Shown here in pieces: positions 1-13,064 of a DNA stretch of 64,000 nucleotides. Every line of letters begins with the position of its first letter. Position 1 is the first letter of the stretch. The stretch comes from Octopus sinensis (lineage: Eukaryota). The stretch lies in the NCBI RefSeq assembly GCF_006345805.1, contig NC_043012.1, positions 1,860,001 to 1,924,000 of the forward strand, in the 5' to 3' direction. A program made the position numbers and the translations under genes. The notes below the pieces were generated by a model. That model was not told the DNA's origin. It ran no database searches and worked only from the letters and a program-made list of their open reading frames with translations.

Positions 1-316
1 CAAAAGAATAAGTCCTGGGGTCGAGTTGCTCGACTAAAGGCGGTGCTCCAGCATGGCCGCAGTCAAATGACTGAAACAAGTAAAAGAGTAAAAGAGTAAA
101 GAGAGTATCACAAAATAAATACAGTAACAAAAGGGTTAAGGACATGCATGTCTCAGGAGTGCTCAGCCACTTGCATGTTAATTCTGCAAGCGGCCTGTTC
201 CTTTGCTCAAATCAACTGGAACTCTTGTCATCATAACTAATGGAGTACCAGTTATTACCAACATCTACGTATCAGTTGCTGTCGAGATTAAATCCATCAA
301 ATATAATTACCAGCAT

Positions 317-538
317 TTACTCTTTTACTTGTTTCAGTCATTTGACTGTGGCCATGCTGGAGCACCGCCTTTAGCCGAACAAATCGACCCCAGGACTTAT
401 TCTTTGTAAGCCTACTTTTTCTACTTATTCTATCGGTCTCTTTTGTCGAACTGCTAAGTTACAGGGACGTAAGAACACCAGCATCGGTTGTCAAGCGATG
501 TTGGGGGGACAAATACAGACACACAAACATATACACAT

Positions 539-603
<65 letters not shown>

Positions 604-775
604 CATATATACAACAGGCTTCTTTCAGTTTCCGTTGACCAAATCCACTCACAAGGCTTTGGTCGGTCCGAGGCTATAGTAGAAGACACTTGCCCAAGGT
701 GCCATGCAGTGGAACTGAACTCGGAACCACGTGGCTCGTAAGCAAGCTACTTACTACACAACCACTCCTACACCT
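317..775 (-). mobile_element. tRNA-derived SINE family A (internal (TA/TG)n; tail ggtgctccagcatggccgcagtcaaatgactgaaac)
   Basis: A/B-box-like head tggctgtgtggtaag...ggttcagtcc. Partial copies at about 1-103, 3626-3750, 9760-9975, 17450-17612, 26690-27050, 34360-34745, 41215-41640, 44570-44790, 46795-47072 and 47430-47630. Confidence 0.9.
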
Positions 776-1249
776 TGGAATATCTTTTTTGCTGTATAGA
801 TTATAATGATTATAGTTGTTGTTATTGTTGTTGCCAATGACATTGTTATAGTTGCTATTGTTGTTGTTCCTGATTTTTCTTGCTACTACTGTTATTTCTG
901 TAGATCATCTTGCCACTTTTGTTGTTGTTGTTGTTACTGCTGCAGCTGTCTTCTTCTTCTTCTTCTAATCAGGACTCACGTCATTAGCCACAAAGAATAA
1001 TCTCTAATTCGAGCCTACTCTAAGCTACTAAGAATGCATGTGGCAACTTGAAGATCCACCCAACACTCGCGATAGACTGGTGGTTGCACGGGCGTGAAAG
1101 CTACGTTGTTATCCTCATTCCGTAAACGGTGGCTTTGAACGGGTGGAGAGCTGAACCATCCTGGGGTACAGAGGATTCGCAATCTAGACTAGAGTCTGAA
1201 AGTTTACCACACCATAGTGGGTTATGCCATGGTTCCTCTGCTTTGTGGC

Positions 1250-1442
1250 AGAAGTAGAAAGAAAGAGTGAGAGAAAGTTGTGGTGAAAGATTACAGCAGG
1301 GTTCACCACTACCCCTGCCAGAGCCTCGTGGAGCTTAGGTGTTTTTGCTCAATAAACACTCACAATGCCCGGTCTGGGAATCGAAACCGCGTTCTTACGA
1401 CCGCAAGTCCGCTGCCCTAACCACTGGGCCATTGCGCCTCCA
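1250..1442 (-). mobile_element. tRNA-derived SINE family D; second copy at 50481-50661 (-)
   Basis: Head ggcgcaatggcccagtggttagggcagcggac...gtttcgattccc; the body is shared between the two copies. Confidence 0.8.
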
Positions 1443-1613
1443 CTGCTGCAGCTGTTGTACTCTTGTACCATTGCTGTTGTTTTGTTGAAGGGTTGGTTTT
1501 TTTTTTTGGTTTAAAGTTGTTACTGTAACTAATGATGTTGCTAAAGTCATTGTTGATGTTGTTGCTGCTGTTATTGATCAGCATAAGTTGTTGTTATTAT
1601 TACATCATAACAT

Positions 1614-2010
1614 AAGGCAATGAGCTGGCAGAAACGTTAGCGCGCCGGGCGAAATGCTTAGCGGTATTACGTCTGTCGTTGCGTTCTGAGTTCAAATTCC
1701 GCCAAGGTCGACTTTGCCTTTCATCCTTTCGGGGTCGATAAATTTAGTACCAGTTACGCACTGGGGTCGATATAATCGACTTAATCCGTTTGTCTGTCCT
1801 TGTTTGTCCCCTCTATGTTTAGCCCCTTGTGGGCAATAAAGAAACAGATATTTCATCTGTAGCTACAGTCTGAGCTTAAATTCCACCGGGTCGACTTTGC
1901 CTTTCATCCTTTCAGAGTCAAGAAATTGAGTACAGCTGTGTACTGGGGTCGATCTAATCGACTGACTCCTCTCCCCCACCCTGAATATCACTCCACGTGT
2001 CTATAGTAGA
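1614..2010 (+). mobile_element. SINE B (1614-1846) followed by a degraded tandem copy
   Basis: Same core and tail as 13439-13676. Confidence 0.88.
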
Positions 2011-2189
2011 AAAGGTTATTATATCATTTATATGGCCACACCTTGACTAAAGAAGACAGTAAAAAACAATAATATAAAAATATTTAACATAAAAAAAATC
2101 TGTGTCCTCGCTCAGATACCCTCCCTGCCCATCCCCACCACCACCCTCCACTCACCTGCACATTCCTATTTCAATTCAATGAACATTAT

Positions 2190-2620
2190 CATTATAAACT
2201 ATATATATATATATGTGTGTGTGTGTGTGGTGTGTGTGTGTGTGTGTGTGTATATACATATATATATATGTATGTATGTATATGTATATGTATATATATA
2301 TACATACATATATATATACACATATACATACACATATATATACATACATACATACATACATATATATATACATACACATACATAATGGGTATATTGTATA
2401 TATATATTATATATATATACATACATATATGTGTATATATGTATGTAATTATATGTATTAGATACATATATATACACACATTACATATATATATGTATAT
2501 ATATATATGTATATATATATAATATATATTATATATATATATATACATGTGTATTATATTATAATACACAACACATACATATATATATATACATATATAC
2601 ATATGTATATATATATATGT

Positions 2621-2678
<58 letters not shown>

Positions 2679-2680
2679 CA
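2190..2680. repeat. Long (TA/TG)n compound microsatellite; similar tracts at 16880-17140 and 18160-18235
   Basis: Read directly from the sequence. Confidence 0.98.
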
Positions 2681-3052
2681 CAACTAAAATGAACAGCCCT
2701 GGTTGAATAATCCTTTTGATATTCTCAGTCTTTTTCTCTTCTTAGGTTTTATTTATTTTTCTTTTATTTCCACCTTTTGTACCAATAAAGGAACTACTTC
2801 AGGCATTTTATATCATTGAGAGAAGACATGATTGGCATTTTATCATCTCGTGTGTGTGTGTGTGTGTGGATGTGTGTATGTTTGTGTGCGTGTGTGTCTG
2901 TATGTTTGTGTGTTTGTGTGCGCGTGTGTGTGTTGTTTGTGTGTGTGTGTGTGTGTGTGCGCACGTGCCTGTCTGGAGGCTTTTTATTAGTTTCTTCATC
3001 TTCGACAAGACTATTACATGTATGCATGCATGTATGTATGCATGTATATATG

Positions 3053-3091
<39 letters not shown>

Positions 3092-4046
3092 AAATATAAA
3101 TATACATATATATACACACACACATACCTATCATCATCATCATCATCGTTTAACGTCCACTTTCCATGCTAGCATGGGTTGGACGATTTGACCGAGGGCT
3201 GGCGAACCAGATGGCTGCACCAGGCTCCAATCTTGATTTGGCAGAGACTCTACAGCTGGATGCCCTTCCTAATGCCAACCACTCCGAGTGTGTAGTAGGT
3301 GCTTTTTTACGTGCCACCAGCATGGAGCCAGTCAGGCGGTACTGGCAACAACCTCGCTCGAATCTTTTACACATGCCACCGGCACAGGTGCCAGTAAGGT
3401 GATGCTGGTAATGATCATGCTCGAATGGTGCCTTTTACATGCCACCAGCACTGAGGCCAGATAGCCGCTCTGGCAACGATCAAGCTCAGATGGCATATAT
3501 ATATGTGTGTGTGTGTGTTGTGTGTGTGTGTGTGTACATATATTTATAAACATATAAACAGATTTATATATAGATATACATATGTCTTCAGCAATATATA
3601 TATTATATATATATATATATATATCCCAACCACATAGTTCTGGGTTCAGTCACACTGCGTTGCACTTAGTGTAAGTGCCTTCTACTAAAGCCTCAGACCG
3701 ACCAAAGCCCTATGACTAGACTTGGTAGATGGAATCTGAAAGAAGCCCATCATATATATATCACCATCATTATCATCATCATCGTTTAACGTCCGCTTTC
3801 CATGCTAGCATGGGTTGGACGGTTCAACTGGGGTCTGGCAAGCTCGAAGGCTGCACCAGGCCAGTCAGATCTGGCAGTGTTTCTACAGCTGGATGCCCTT
3901 CCTAACGCCAATATATATATATATATATTATTATTATTATTATTATTATCATTAGGTAATATTACTTCCAAGTACACAGGAAAAAGACATTCAAATTAGA
4001 TGTAGTAAAATGAACATCTCTCAATGTTTAATTCGGATATATAAGG

Positions 4047-4418
4047 GTAATTTTAGAGACAGAACCACCTTCAACTCAATCAACATTGAAAGGTTTTATA
4101 CTCACCACTCCATAAAATGTTAAATATTAAATCTTATACTAACTATATCTATTCTGAAACCTGTATTTTCCATTTATAAGACTACATGTGTTTCATGAAA
4201 GTACGTCGGTATTGATTAGATACAAGGTATCTAGTTTCAACACTTACTCGGTCAACCAACATACTTTCATGAAACACATGTAGTCTTATAAATGGAAAAT
4301 ACAGGATTCAGAATAGATATAGTTAGTATAAGATTTAATATTTAACATTTTATGGAGTGGTGGGTATAAAACCTTTCAGTGTTGATTGAGTTGAAGGTGG
4401 TTCTGTCTCTAAAATTAC
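4047..4418. repeat. Near-perfect foldback with ~164-bp arms and a 44-nt loop
   Basis: 4047-4210 is the reverse complement of 4255-4418 with only a few substitutions. The loop holds a TAGATAC/GTATCTA hairpin. Confidence 0.95.
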
Positions 4419-4440
4419 TTGGTATATATATAATCCAAAG

Positions 4441-5225
4441 GCAAGTGAAAATCAAAATCAAAATCAAAATCAAAATTAATGGAAATTGCAGCTGTGATAC
4501 CAGTGCCTGTGGTACGTAAGAGAACCATCTGAACGTGGCCGTTGCCAGCGCCGCCCCAACTGGCCTCGTGCCAGTGGCACATAAAAAGCACCATCCGATC
4601 ATGGCCGATTGCCAGCCTCGTCTGGCATCTGTGCCAGTAGCACGTAAAAAGCACCCACTACACTCACAGAGTGGTTGGCATTAGGAAGGGCATCCAGCCG
4701 TAGAAACATTGCCAGATCAGACTGGGCCTGCTGCAGCCTCCTGGCTTCCCAGACCCCAGTTGAACCGTCCAACCCATGCTAGCATGGAAAGCAGACGCTA
4801 AACGATGATGATGATGATGATGATATATATATATATATATCATCATCATCATCACCATCATCGTTTAATGTCCGTTTTCCATGCTAGCTTGGGTTGGACG
4901 GTTCGGCCGGAGTCTGGGAAGCCGGAAAGCTGCTCCAGGCTCCAGTCTGATCTGGCAGTGTTTCTACAGCTGGATACCCTTCCTAACGCCAACCACTCCA
5001 TGAGTGTAGCGGTTGCTTTTTATGTGCTACCGGCACAGGGTCCAGAGGAGGCTGGCAAACGGCCACGATCGGATGGTGCTTTTTATGTGCCACCAGCATG
5101 GAAGCCAGTTAAGGTGGCACTGGCATCAGCTACATTGGGATGGTGATTTTTACGTGTCACCGACACGGATATCACAACTACAATTTCCATTTGATTTTTG
5201 CTTTGATGTTGATGTACTTGACTGA
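4441..5225. mobile_element. Tail-to-tail pair of family C retroposons with (ATG)n tails (RTE-3'-like SINE or LINE 3' UTR)
   Basis: Tail ccaacccatgctagcatggaaagcggacgttaaacg(atg)n and internal tandem units ggtggcacgtaaaaagcacc. Other copies at about 3129-3495, 3765-3911, 10937-11290, 18075-18160, 34838-35385, 37640-37830, 38012-38275, 40985-41170, 48800-49145 and 59400-59497. Confidence 0.8.
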
Positions 5226-5539
5226 ATACGTCTCCACAAGCACAGCAGGTTGCCCTACGAAAAATGAAAATATGCAAACATATGTATTTGCATAAATCTA
5301 TGCATAGCTTTATCCATGAGCACACATATGTATGTAAGTATGTGTACATAAGTGAGTGTACTTGTTTGCAATAGCACATATATATATATATATTTTTTTT
5401 TTCAAATACATCTTGCTATAAATACATCTGTGAGTTGTCTCTATACATGTCAGTATTTCTACTCTTCTGCAGATTTATGCTTATGCATGAATATCTATAA
5501 ATTTATGTGTGTGTATATATGTCAACAGGCAAAGTTTTT

Positions 5540-6357
5540 ATCTTTTACTTGTTTCAGTCATTTGACTGTGGCCATACTGGGGCACCGCCTTGAAGAATTT
5601 ATAGTCGAATGAATTGACCTCAGTACTTTTCTTTTTTTTAAGCCAAGTACTTATTCCATTGGTCGTTTTTGCCAAACCACTATGTTACAAGGCTGTAAAC
5701 ACACCAACACTGGACCAAACCCAAACACAGAAATACACACACACACACAGACACACACATACATATAAACACACACAACAGGCTTCAAACAGTTTCCATC
5801 TACCAAATTCACTGACAAGGCTTTGATCAGCCCTAGGTCATAGTAGAAGACACTTGCTCAACATGCCATGCAGTGGGACTGAACCCAGAACCATGTGCTT
5901 GGGAAACAAGCCTCCCACCACACAACCCCACCTACATATATGCAAGAAGTAGCAATCGTATCTTTTTACTTGTTTCAGTCATTTGACTGCGGCCATGCTG
6001 GAGCACCGCCTTTAATCGAGCAACTCGACCCCGGGACTTATTGTTTGTAAGCCCAGTACTTATTCTATCGGTCTCTTTTTGCCAAACCACTAAGTAACGG
6101 GGACATAAACACACCAGCATCGGTTGTCAAGCAATGCTAGGGGGGCAAACACAGACACACAAACACACACACATACATATATATACATATATACGACGGG
6201 CTTCTTCCAGTTTCCGTCTACCAAATCTACTCACAAGGCTTTGGTCGGCCCGAGGCTATAGTAGAAGACACTTGCCCAAGGTGCCACGCAGTGGGACTGA
6301 ACCCGGAACCATGTGGTTGGTAAACAAGCTACTTACCACACAGCCATTCCTGCGCCT
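5540..6357 (-). mobile_element. Two tandem SINE A copies (5540-5935 old, 5961-6357 young)
   Basis: Same head and tail as the other family A copies. Confidence 0.9.
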
Positions 6358-6553
6358 ATATTATTTCTACCCAATGCTTCAACTCATCCTTCATATATCA
6401 GACAGCTCACATGAGAAACACCAAACTGTTGTCCCAATCATACCACACCTCTACCAAGCTCAGAGCCATATTGCACACTTTGGCATGCATCGATGAATGA
6501 TATGAGGTGTGCAGTTTTACTGTCCAGACATGTGCTATCTCCACTGTCCACAG

Positions 6554-6732
6554 ATTCTGGAGGTAACCCCAGTGGAATGCATAGTGGACTAAAACCAGAG
6601 CATGACAGTGGTGAATACATATTACAGCCTGGTCCTTGGCTGTTGATGCTGAAGTTATTTCTGTGTGCATTTTTATATTTGTCTGGATCGAATGGAAGAG
6701 ACAGTGTTTTAGGATGTTGTTGGTTCTCATAA
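6554..6732 (+). CDS. Possible terminal coding exon with a hydrophobic C-terminal segment (gene would start upstream)
   Basis: A strong acceptor ctatctccactgtccacag| in unique sequence precedes the phase-1 frame (D)SGGNPSGMHSGLKPEHDSGEYILQPGPWLLMLKLFLCAFLYLSGSNGRDSVLGCCWFS*. No homology was recognised. Confidence 0.3.
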
Positions 6733-9231
6733 TAGCCTCAGCTTTCTATAGCCTCATGGTTTGTAGAGTAACTTATACATATTCAAACATTTACATAGTT
6801 TTGAAACATATGTTTTTAAAGCGCAATGTTGTTATCAACCACGGCCTACTTAACTTTAAAGTTAAAGTGGAACCTGCTACCAGCTTAACAGACTGAGGCA
6901 AAAGAATATATAAATAAAGCGATGTGTCAGACCCAGATTAGAACTCCTGACCATGTGGTAAGTGGGTAGTTAAAGACATTTGTACCTTAACCCTACAGTT
7001 TCTCTCGTGTTCCATGAAAACATATTGACCAAACGTTAGTGAAAACTTTGATTCTGGCAAAAGTTTACTGTCCTCACTGCTTATTGTGAGTCATGAGAGG
7101 GAGGGAGAGAGAGACATACAGACAGACAGAGAGGGTGAAAAAGAGTAAGTGAAAGAGAGAGAAAAACAAGCACAATGGAGCAGGAGAGTGATTAATTGGG
7201 AGAAAGCAAGTGAAAGAGAGAGAAAGAGAGAGAGAGAGAGGGAGAGGGAGGGAAAGGCATTGTGAGTAAACACTGGAAATTGTAGAAATCTTAATTAATT
7301 AATGACCAGTAATTGCAATGACTAGTTTTATGATGCCAATTAGAAACACAGATTATTATATGTCAGAATAATCAACGGCTCCATATTTAGAAAGGTGAAC
7401 AGGGTAGAAGAAGATTTTCATTCCATAAGCCATGATGTCATTATTCATTCTAAATCAATGGTATCCAAAACACTTCCAGGTAGCCACCCTGAATATTCTA
7501 TTGTCTTGGTGACTACCAAATTAGGCTCTACTTATAGAAATGATCACCAATTATTTCCACTCTCAAACCTGATGATGTCACATGACTAAATATTGAGAGC
7601 AGTCTTTTAAAGTGGAGAGAAAGAATGTGTAAAGGTATAATGAACTGAGTTGACCCTAATTTATTACTGGTACTTATGTAACTTCATCAACTCTAACGGG
7701 AATGAAAGGCAAACTCAATACTGGCGAGATTGGAATGGAACTGAATTGAACAAAATTTAATATTTCACATTGTTTTTACAACTAGGTACACGCCAAACTG
7801 TATTTTTGTAGTGAAGGTGTTGAGATGATTTAATTTAATCTGTGTGTGTATATGTGGTTGTGTATTTAAACCTGAGTATGACTCTAAACTGCATTCAGTA
7901 ATGGGGCCCTAGTTCAGGAGTTCCCAGGTTTTGAGGAGTGTGGAACCATCTCTTAGCTACCGGTGTTTTCTAGCCTACTCTGACCAGGAATAGCAGCACC
8001 TCTCAGTGTCCCGGCTATGAGTTAATTAGCATATTAGGGCTTGCTTATTTATGCTTGCAAACGCTGGATCCAGTAGACTCTGCAGAAGAAACCTTCATGG
8101 TACAATGGTGAGAAAAGCAGCTGCAGCAATGCACTGTAGAGTGCAGAGAGCAATATGAGGCAAGTAAGACGTCTTGGTCATCCACTGCATCTGTCTCCAT
8201 CCCAAGTCATTGTGACCTGGCCTTGCAACTGGATTAAAGATGGTCACAGATGAAAGAATGGGGGTTGATAGTATGCAAATCTTCTTCCCTTTAACCTTTT
8301 AGCATTATTCAGATTATTCAGTCAAATGTAATACTCTCTATTCACAATATTTGAATTAATCATGGATTATCTTGTAGATTGCAGATTTCGGTAATGTGAC
8401 TGTTTATTTTTAGAGTGACATTGTAGGGTGAGCATGAGAGGCCTGACCAGGCCAGTTTGTACAAAAATTACTTAAAACATTTGGGGCTGATATGCCCAGT
8501 TTAAATACTAAAGGCTTAAACAAAGTCATCACACAAGTCATCAGTCATCTTTATGGATGACTTGATGGTCCTCATCATTCCGACAGACAAACATGATGTG
8601 TGTGTGTGCGTGTGTGTGTGTCTGTGCGCACACACGCATGCATGTTCATGTACATATGTGTCCTAAACCTTTTCCCCCACATTTTGTTCATGTCCTCACT
8701 GTTAAGCAGTTGAGAGATAAAATCTCTCCTTAATAGAATGCCCAACTATTGTACGTTGAAATATTGCTTAGGCCTGAGTCAACCCTTTTCATAGAGTAGA
8801 CCCATGATACAAGGAATTCCAGCTACGATCATCTTGTCAGTTTCTAACGTTGTCCAACATTTCCTTTTCTAAATCAGTAAAATGTAATTTGAGGAAGATT
8901 TGGCTGCTATTTCAAGCTGATCAGGCAACCATACAGAAGATCCCTCATCAACCTGCAGTATTATAGCTGACATTGCAAAGTGATATGGAACCAGCAGATA
9001 GGTGAATGGCAACAATATAGAATAATGTGTTCTGACTTAATGTGTATAAGATAACTTGAAACTCCATGAGCAGGCATTCTAACTTCATGATAACGCTTGG
9101 TATGACCCAACCTCAAACTGCTTCTGGTTTTGCAATACAAAACCACTCCTCTTAAAATCTTTGTATATAAATCAAAATCTCTAAATATTTTTTTTTTTGC
9201 TCATGTTCCAAACCCTAAACATAGGTTTCTG

Positions 9232-9269
<38 letters not shown>

Positions 9270-9273
<4 letters not shown>

Positions 9274-9445
9274 ATCCAAACATGAAAACACAAAGAGAAA
9301 ACACAACAACGCGAGGACGTGGAACAAATATAGTATTATTGGACGCTCAAGAAGGAAGGGAAGAAGAAGGGTTTAACGTTTCAAGCGGAGCTCTTCGTCA
9401 GAAACATAGGAAAAGGAAAGATCCAGAGAAGGGAAAACGGAGGTG
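9270..9445 (-). mobile_element. Solo PLE terminal-repeat relic carrying a hammerhead
   Basis: A CpG-containing segment next to a (TA)n tract that contains the 9371-9405 hammerhead. Confidence 0.6.
9371..9405 (-). ncRNA. Minimal type I hammerhead ribozyme motif
   Basis: GUUU-CUGACGA-A-GAGC-UCC-GCUU-GAAAC-GUU-AAAC. Stem I is GUUU/AAAC, stem II is GAGC/GCUU (C>U at a CpG), and stem III is the palindrome AACGUU. Confidence 0.8.
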
Positions 9446-9712
9446 CAATGATATGATATATACCTCATAAAGGAAAGTTAGCATGCAAGTTCCCCGGTTT
9501 TATCCAGTGTATTGGTGATGTACTAAAAAGACGTTAGCTTCCCATTGATGCAAACAGGTATATTGACATTTACATATAAGAAAAGAAAATGGGCAACTCC
9601 AATTCCAGATGATCTCATTTCTTTACAAACTACAATCGTTTCCATACTCAATTAATTCAAATAATTCAAACTTTTTTCTTATGCATAAATATATATAAAT
9701 AGATAGATAGAG

Positions 9713-9743
<31 letters not shown>

Positions 9744-10284
9744 AGTATATGTTTATTTGTGTGTGTCTGTGTGTCTGTATTTGTCCCCCATCACTGTTTG
9801 ATAACTGGTGTTGGTATGTTTACATCTCCTGTAACTTAGCGGTTCGGCAAAAGAGACCGATAGGGTAAGGACTAGACTTAAAGAATAAGTCCTGGGGTTG
9901 TTTTGTTCGACTAAAATCCTTCAATGCGGTGCTCTAGCATGGCCACAGTCAGATGACTGAAACAAATAAAATAATAAAAGAATACATATATATATATATA
10001 CATTACATACATACAGGCATGCATACACAAAGTTAGCAGGGTTGCGGGTGGCAAAGTTTCTTTTCAAAAACAGTAGAGTGCACTTTTTGAACGAGAATTC
10101 TCTATTCATTCCAGCAATCATATAGATCAGGGGTCAAGAATCTTTTCTATGTATTGCCCCCAAAATTGTTTCAAGTTTTCTCAGACTTCAAAGTGAACAA
10201 AAGTAGGTCGATAGCAATTAAAATTGTTTTATAGCGTAGACAAACATTTATAGATGATTTAAATCCTTTTTTTATACAATAGAG

Positions 10285-10935
10285 GCACAAGGCCTGAAAT
10301 TTGAGGGGAGTGAGACTAATTGATTTCATTGATCTTAGTATTTGACAGGTACGTATTTTATCACCCCTGAAAGAATGAAAGGCAAACTCAAGCTTGGTAT
10401 AATTTGAACTCAGAACATAAAGCTGAAAGAAATGTCACCAAGCATTTTTCCTGGCTTGCTAACAATTCTGCCAGAAAAAATTAAAGGTAAAATTGCATTC
10501 TTAAGTCATGCAGACTCACGAGGGCCAATTCCCTACTTCGATGAGATGACATACATTGCTGGATTTCTCATTTTTGCCAAATGAAATGAAATGTTTTGTG
10601 CAAGAAGACAATGCATCGCCTGGTCCAGGAATCAAAACCACAATCTTACAATCTTTAATTCAACACCCCTAACCACTAAGCCATGTACCTCCACAATGAT
10701 TCTTATTTCTTTATTGCCCACAAGGATCTACACACAGAGGAGACAAACAAGGACAGACAAACAGATGAAGTTGATTATATCTACCCCAGTGCATAACTGG
10801 TACTTATTTAATCAACTCCAAAAGGATGAAAGGCAAAGTCAACCTCGATGGAATTTGAATTCAGAACGTAACAGCAGACAAAATACCGCTAAGCATTTCA
10901 CCTGGCGTGCTAACGTTTCTGCCAGCTCAACACCT
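10285..10935 (-). mobile_element. SINE B copies (about 10285-10470 degraded; 10704-10935 full length)
   Basis: Reverse complement of the family core. The tail variant is tctgtgtgtagatccttgtgggcaataaagaaat. Confidence 0.85.
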
Positions 10936-12660
10936 TAATGATGATGATGATCCGCTTTCCATGCTAACATGGGTTGAATGATTCAATTGAGGACTGGCAA
11001 ACCAGATGGCTGCACCAGGCTCCAATCTGATCTGGCAGAGTTTCTACAGCTGGATGCCCTTCCTAATGCCAACCACTCTGAGAGTGTAGTGGGTGCTTTT
11101 ACGTGCCACCTGCACAGGAGTCAGTCCAGTGGCACTGGTAACAACCTCGCTCAAATGTTTTGTTCATGTGCCACCAGCACAAGTGCCAGTAAGGCAATGC
11201 TGGTAGCGATCACGCTCAAATGGTGCTTTTTACATGCCAACGGCACGGAAGCCAGACAGCTGCTCTGGCAGTGATCCTGCTCGGATGATAAGAAGAATAA
11301 AAAAGGAAGAGGAAGAGTGTGAAACAACGGTAGCAGAAAGTGACAATGAAGAAGTAAGAGATGAAAAAATGGAAAAAAAGGAAATCATTATGTACCTGAG
11401 GTGAATATTGAAGATGATCTAGATGGACAGGTGATAGTAAATGATGCAAAGGACTTGAAAGATGGAGGAAATTCTAGAAATGTTGTAGGGGTCAAATGTA
11501 TGGTGTGAACAAATAAAGTGCTACTAAATGCAAGGTGTATGGATGGAGGAAAAGTAAGGGGAGCCACAGAATGGGGTTTTGAGTTTGGTTAAAACAGAAA
11601 ACAGGGAAACAATCCAGCTGATGCTGATGTTGTAACTGACATACAAGGATACAAGTGGGAAACTAGTGAAGAAATGAAAGGAAATGAAAAGAAAGAATCA
11701 AACTGAGGGAAGAGAATATGAATGAAGTTGGGAAAGACACAGAAAGAACTGGAGATGAGAAGAAAGCTCAAGAATGAGATAGTAATCAGAAAATTGAATG
11801 AACAGTACAGGTTAGAAGAAAGGGGAAAGAAAACTGTCACAAAGAGTGACAGTGCTAAAGGCCAAATTGAAAAGATATGGTGCTAGATGCAAAGGTTTTA
11901 AACAGAATAGATTGTTTCAATCAAATAGGAGACATCTTTTTGAGGAAATAGAGGAGGAACAACATCCAGAAGTTATTCCAGATGTGGAAGAAAGTAAAGT
12001 ACTTTGGAGAGAACTTTGGAACAGGCCAGTGAGACATGAAGACAATGCAAAGTAGCTAATGCAGGTAGAGAGGCAAGTTGCAACTATGCCAAGACAAAAG
12101 GATGTCAGAATTGATCTGTATCCAGTGAGACTGAAGTTTTAAAAAATAGCAAATTGGAAAGGATCAGCCCTGATGGAGTACAAGGCTAGTGACTGAAGAA
12201 TTTTACACAGTTGCATGAAAGGATCACTACACACCTGGATGAATGCTTGCAGAAGGATCATGTCCCTACCCGAATGCCAAGTGGATTAACATTGTTATAC
12301 CTCAAGGACCCTTTGAAAGGTAAATTAGTATGTCATTTTTTACCTATAACCTGTTTACTACTTATGTAGAAGCTTATGATTAGTGTCATAGTTCTATAAT
12401 CATATAGAAATAACAATCCATTTCCAGTAAAGTAGAAAGGATACAAAGTAGGACAGCTACTAATAGAATGGTAATTAGAAATTGTAGATATAGATTGGTA
12501 GGACTGAATGTAGCATGGGTAGATTGCAAAAGAGCTTATGACATGGTACTGCACTTAGATAAGTAAAACAATGAGCATTTTTGGTGTGGTGGAAAATATG
12601 GAGAAAATGATAAATGAAAGTATAAAAACCTGGATTACTGAATTGATTGATGGAAAACAA

Positions 12661-13064
12661 AGGCGCAGGAGTGGCTGTGTGGTAAGTAGCTTGTTTACCA
12701 ACCACATGGTTCCGGGTTCAGTCCCACTGCGTGGCACCTTGGGTAAGTGTCTTCTACTATAGCCTCTGGCCGACCAAAGCCTTTTGAGTGGATTTGGTAG
12801 ACGGAAACTGAAAGAAGCCCATCGTATATATGTATATATATATGTGTGTGTGTGTTTGTGCCTGTGTTTGTCCCCCACCCCCAGCATTGCTTGACAACCG
12901 ATGCTGGTGTGTTTATGTCCCCGTTACTTAGCGGTTCGGCAAAAGAGACCGATAGAATAAGTACTGGGCTTACAAAAGAATAAGTGCCAGGGTCGAGTTG
13001 TTCGATTAAAGGCGGTGCTCCAGCATGGCCGCAGTCAAATGACTGAAACAAGTAAAAGAGTAAA
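12661..13064 (+). mobile_element. Full-length SINE A inserted in the R4-like LINE
   Basis: Runs from head aggcgcaggagtggctgtgtgg to tail gtaaaagagtaaag and splits the RT remnant. Confidence 0.92.

Noticed and set aside
2176-3123. Many ORFs of [12 protein letters not shown] composition (also at 16771-17253, 18060-18872, 23008-23900 and elsewhere)
   Set aside because: They are translations of (TA)n, (TG)n and (TATC)n microsatellites, which lack stop codons in some frames.
6134-6496. Recurrent ORFs such as MLGGQTQTH...RLPNLLTRLWSARGYSRRHLPKVPRSGTEPGTMW and LAVFLQLDALPNANHS
   Set aside because: They are antisense or sense translations of SINE A and family C copies, not a gene family.
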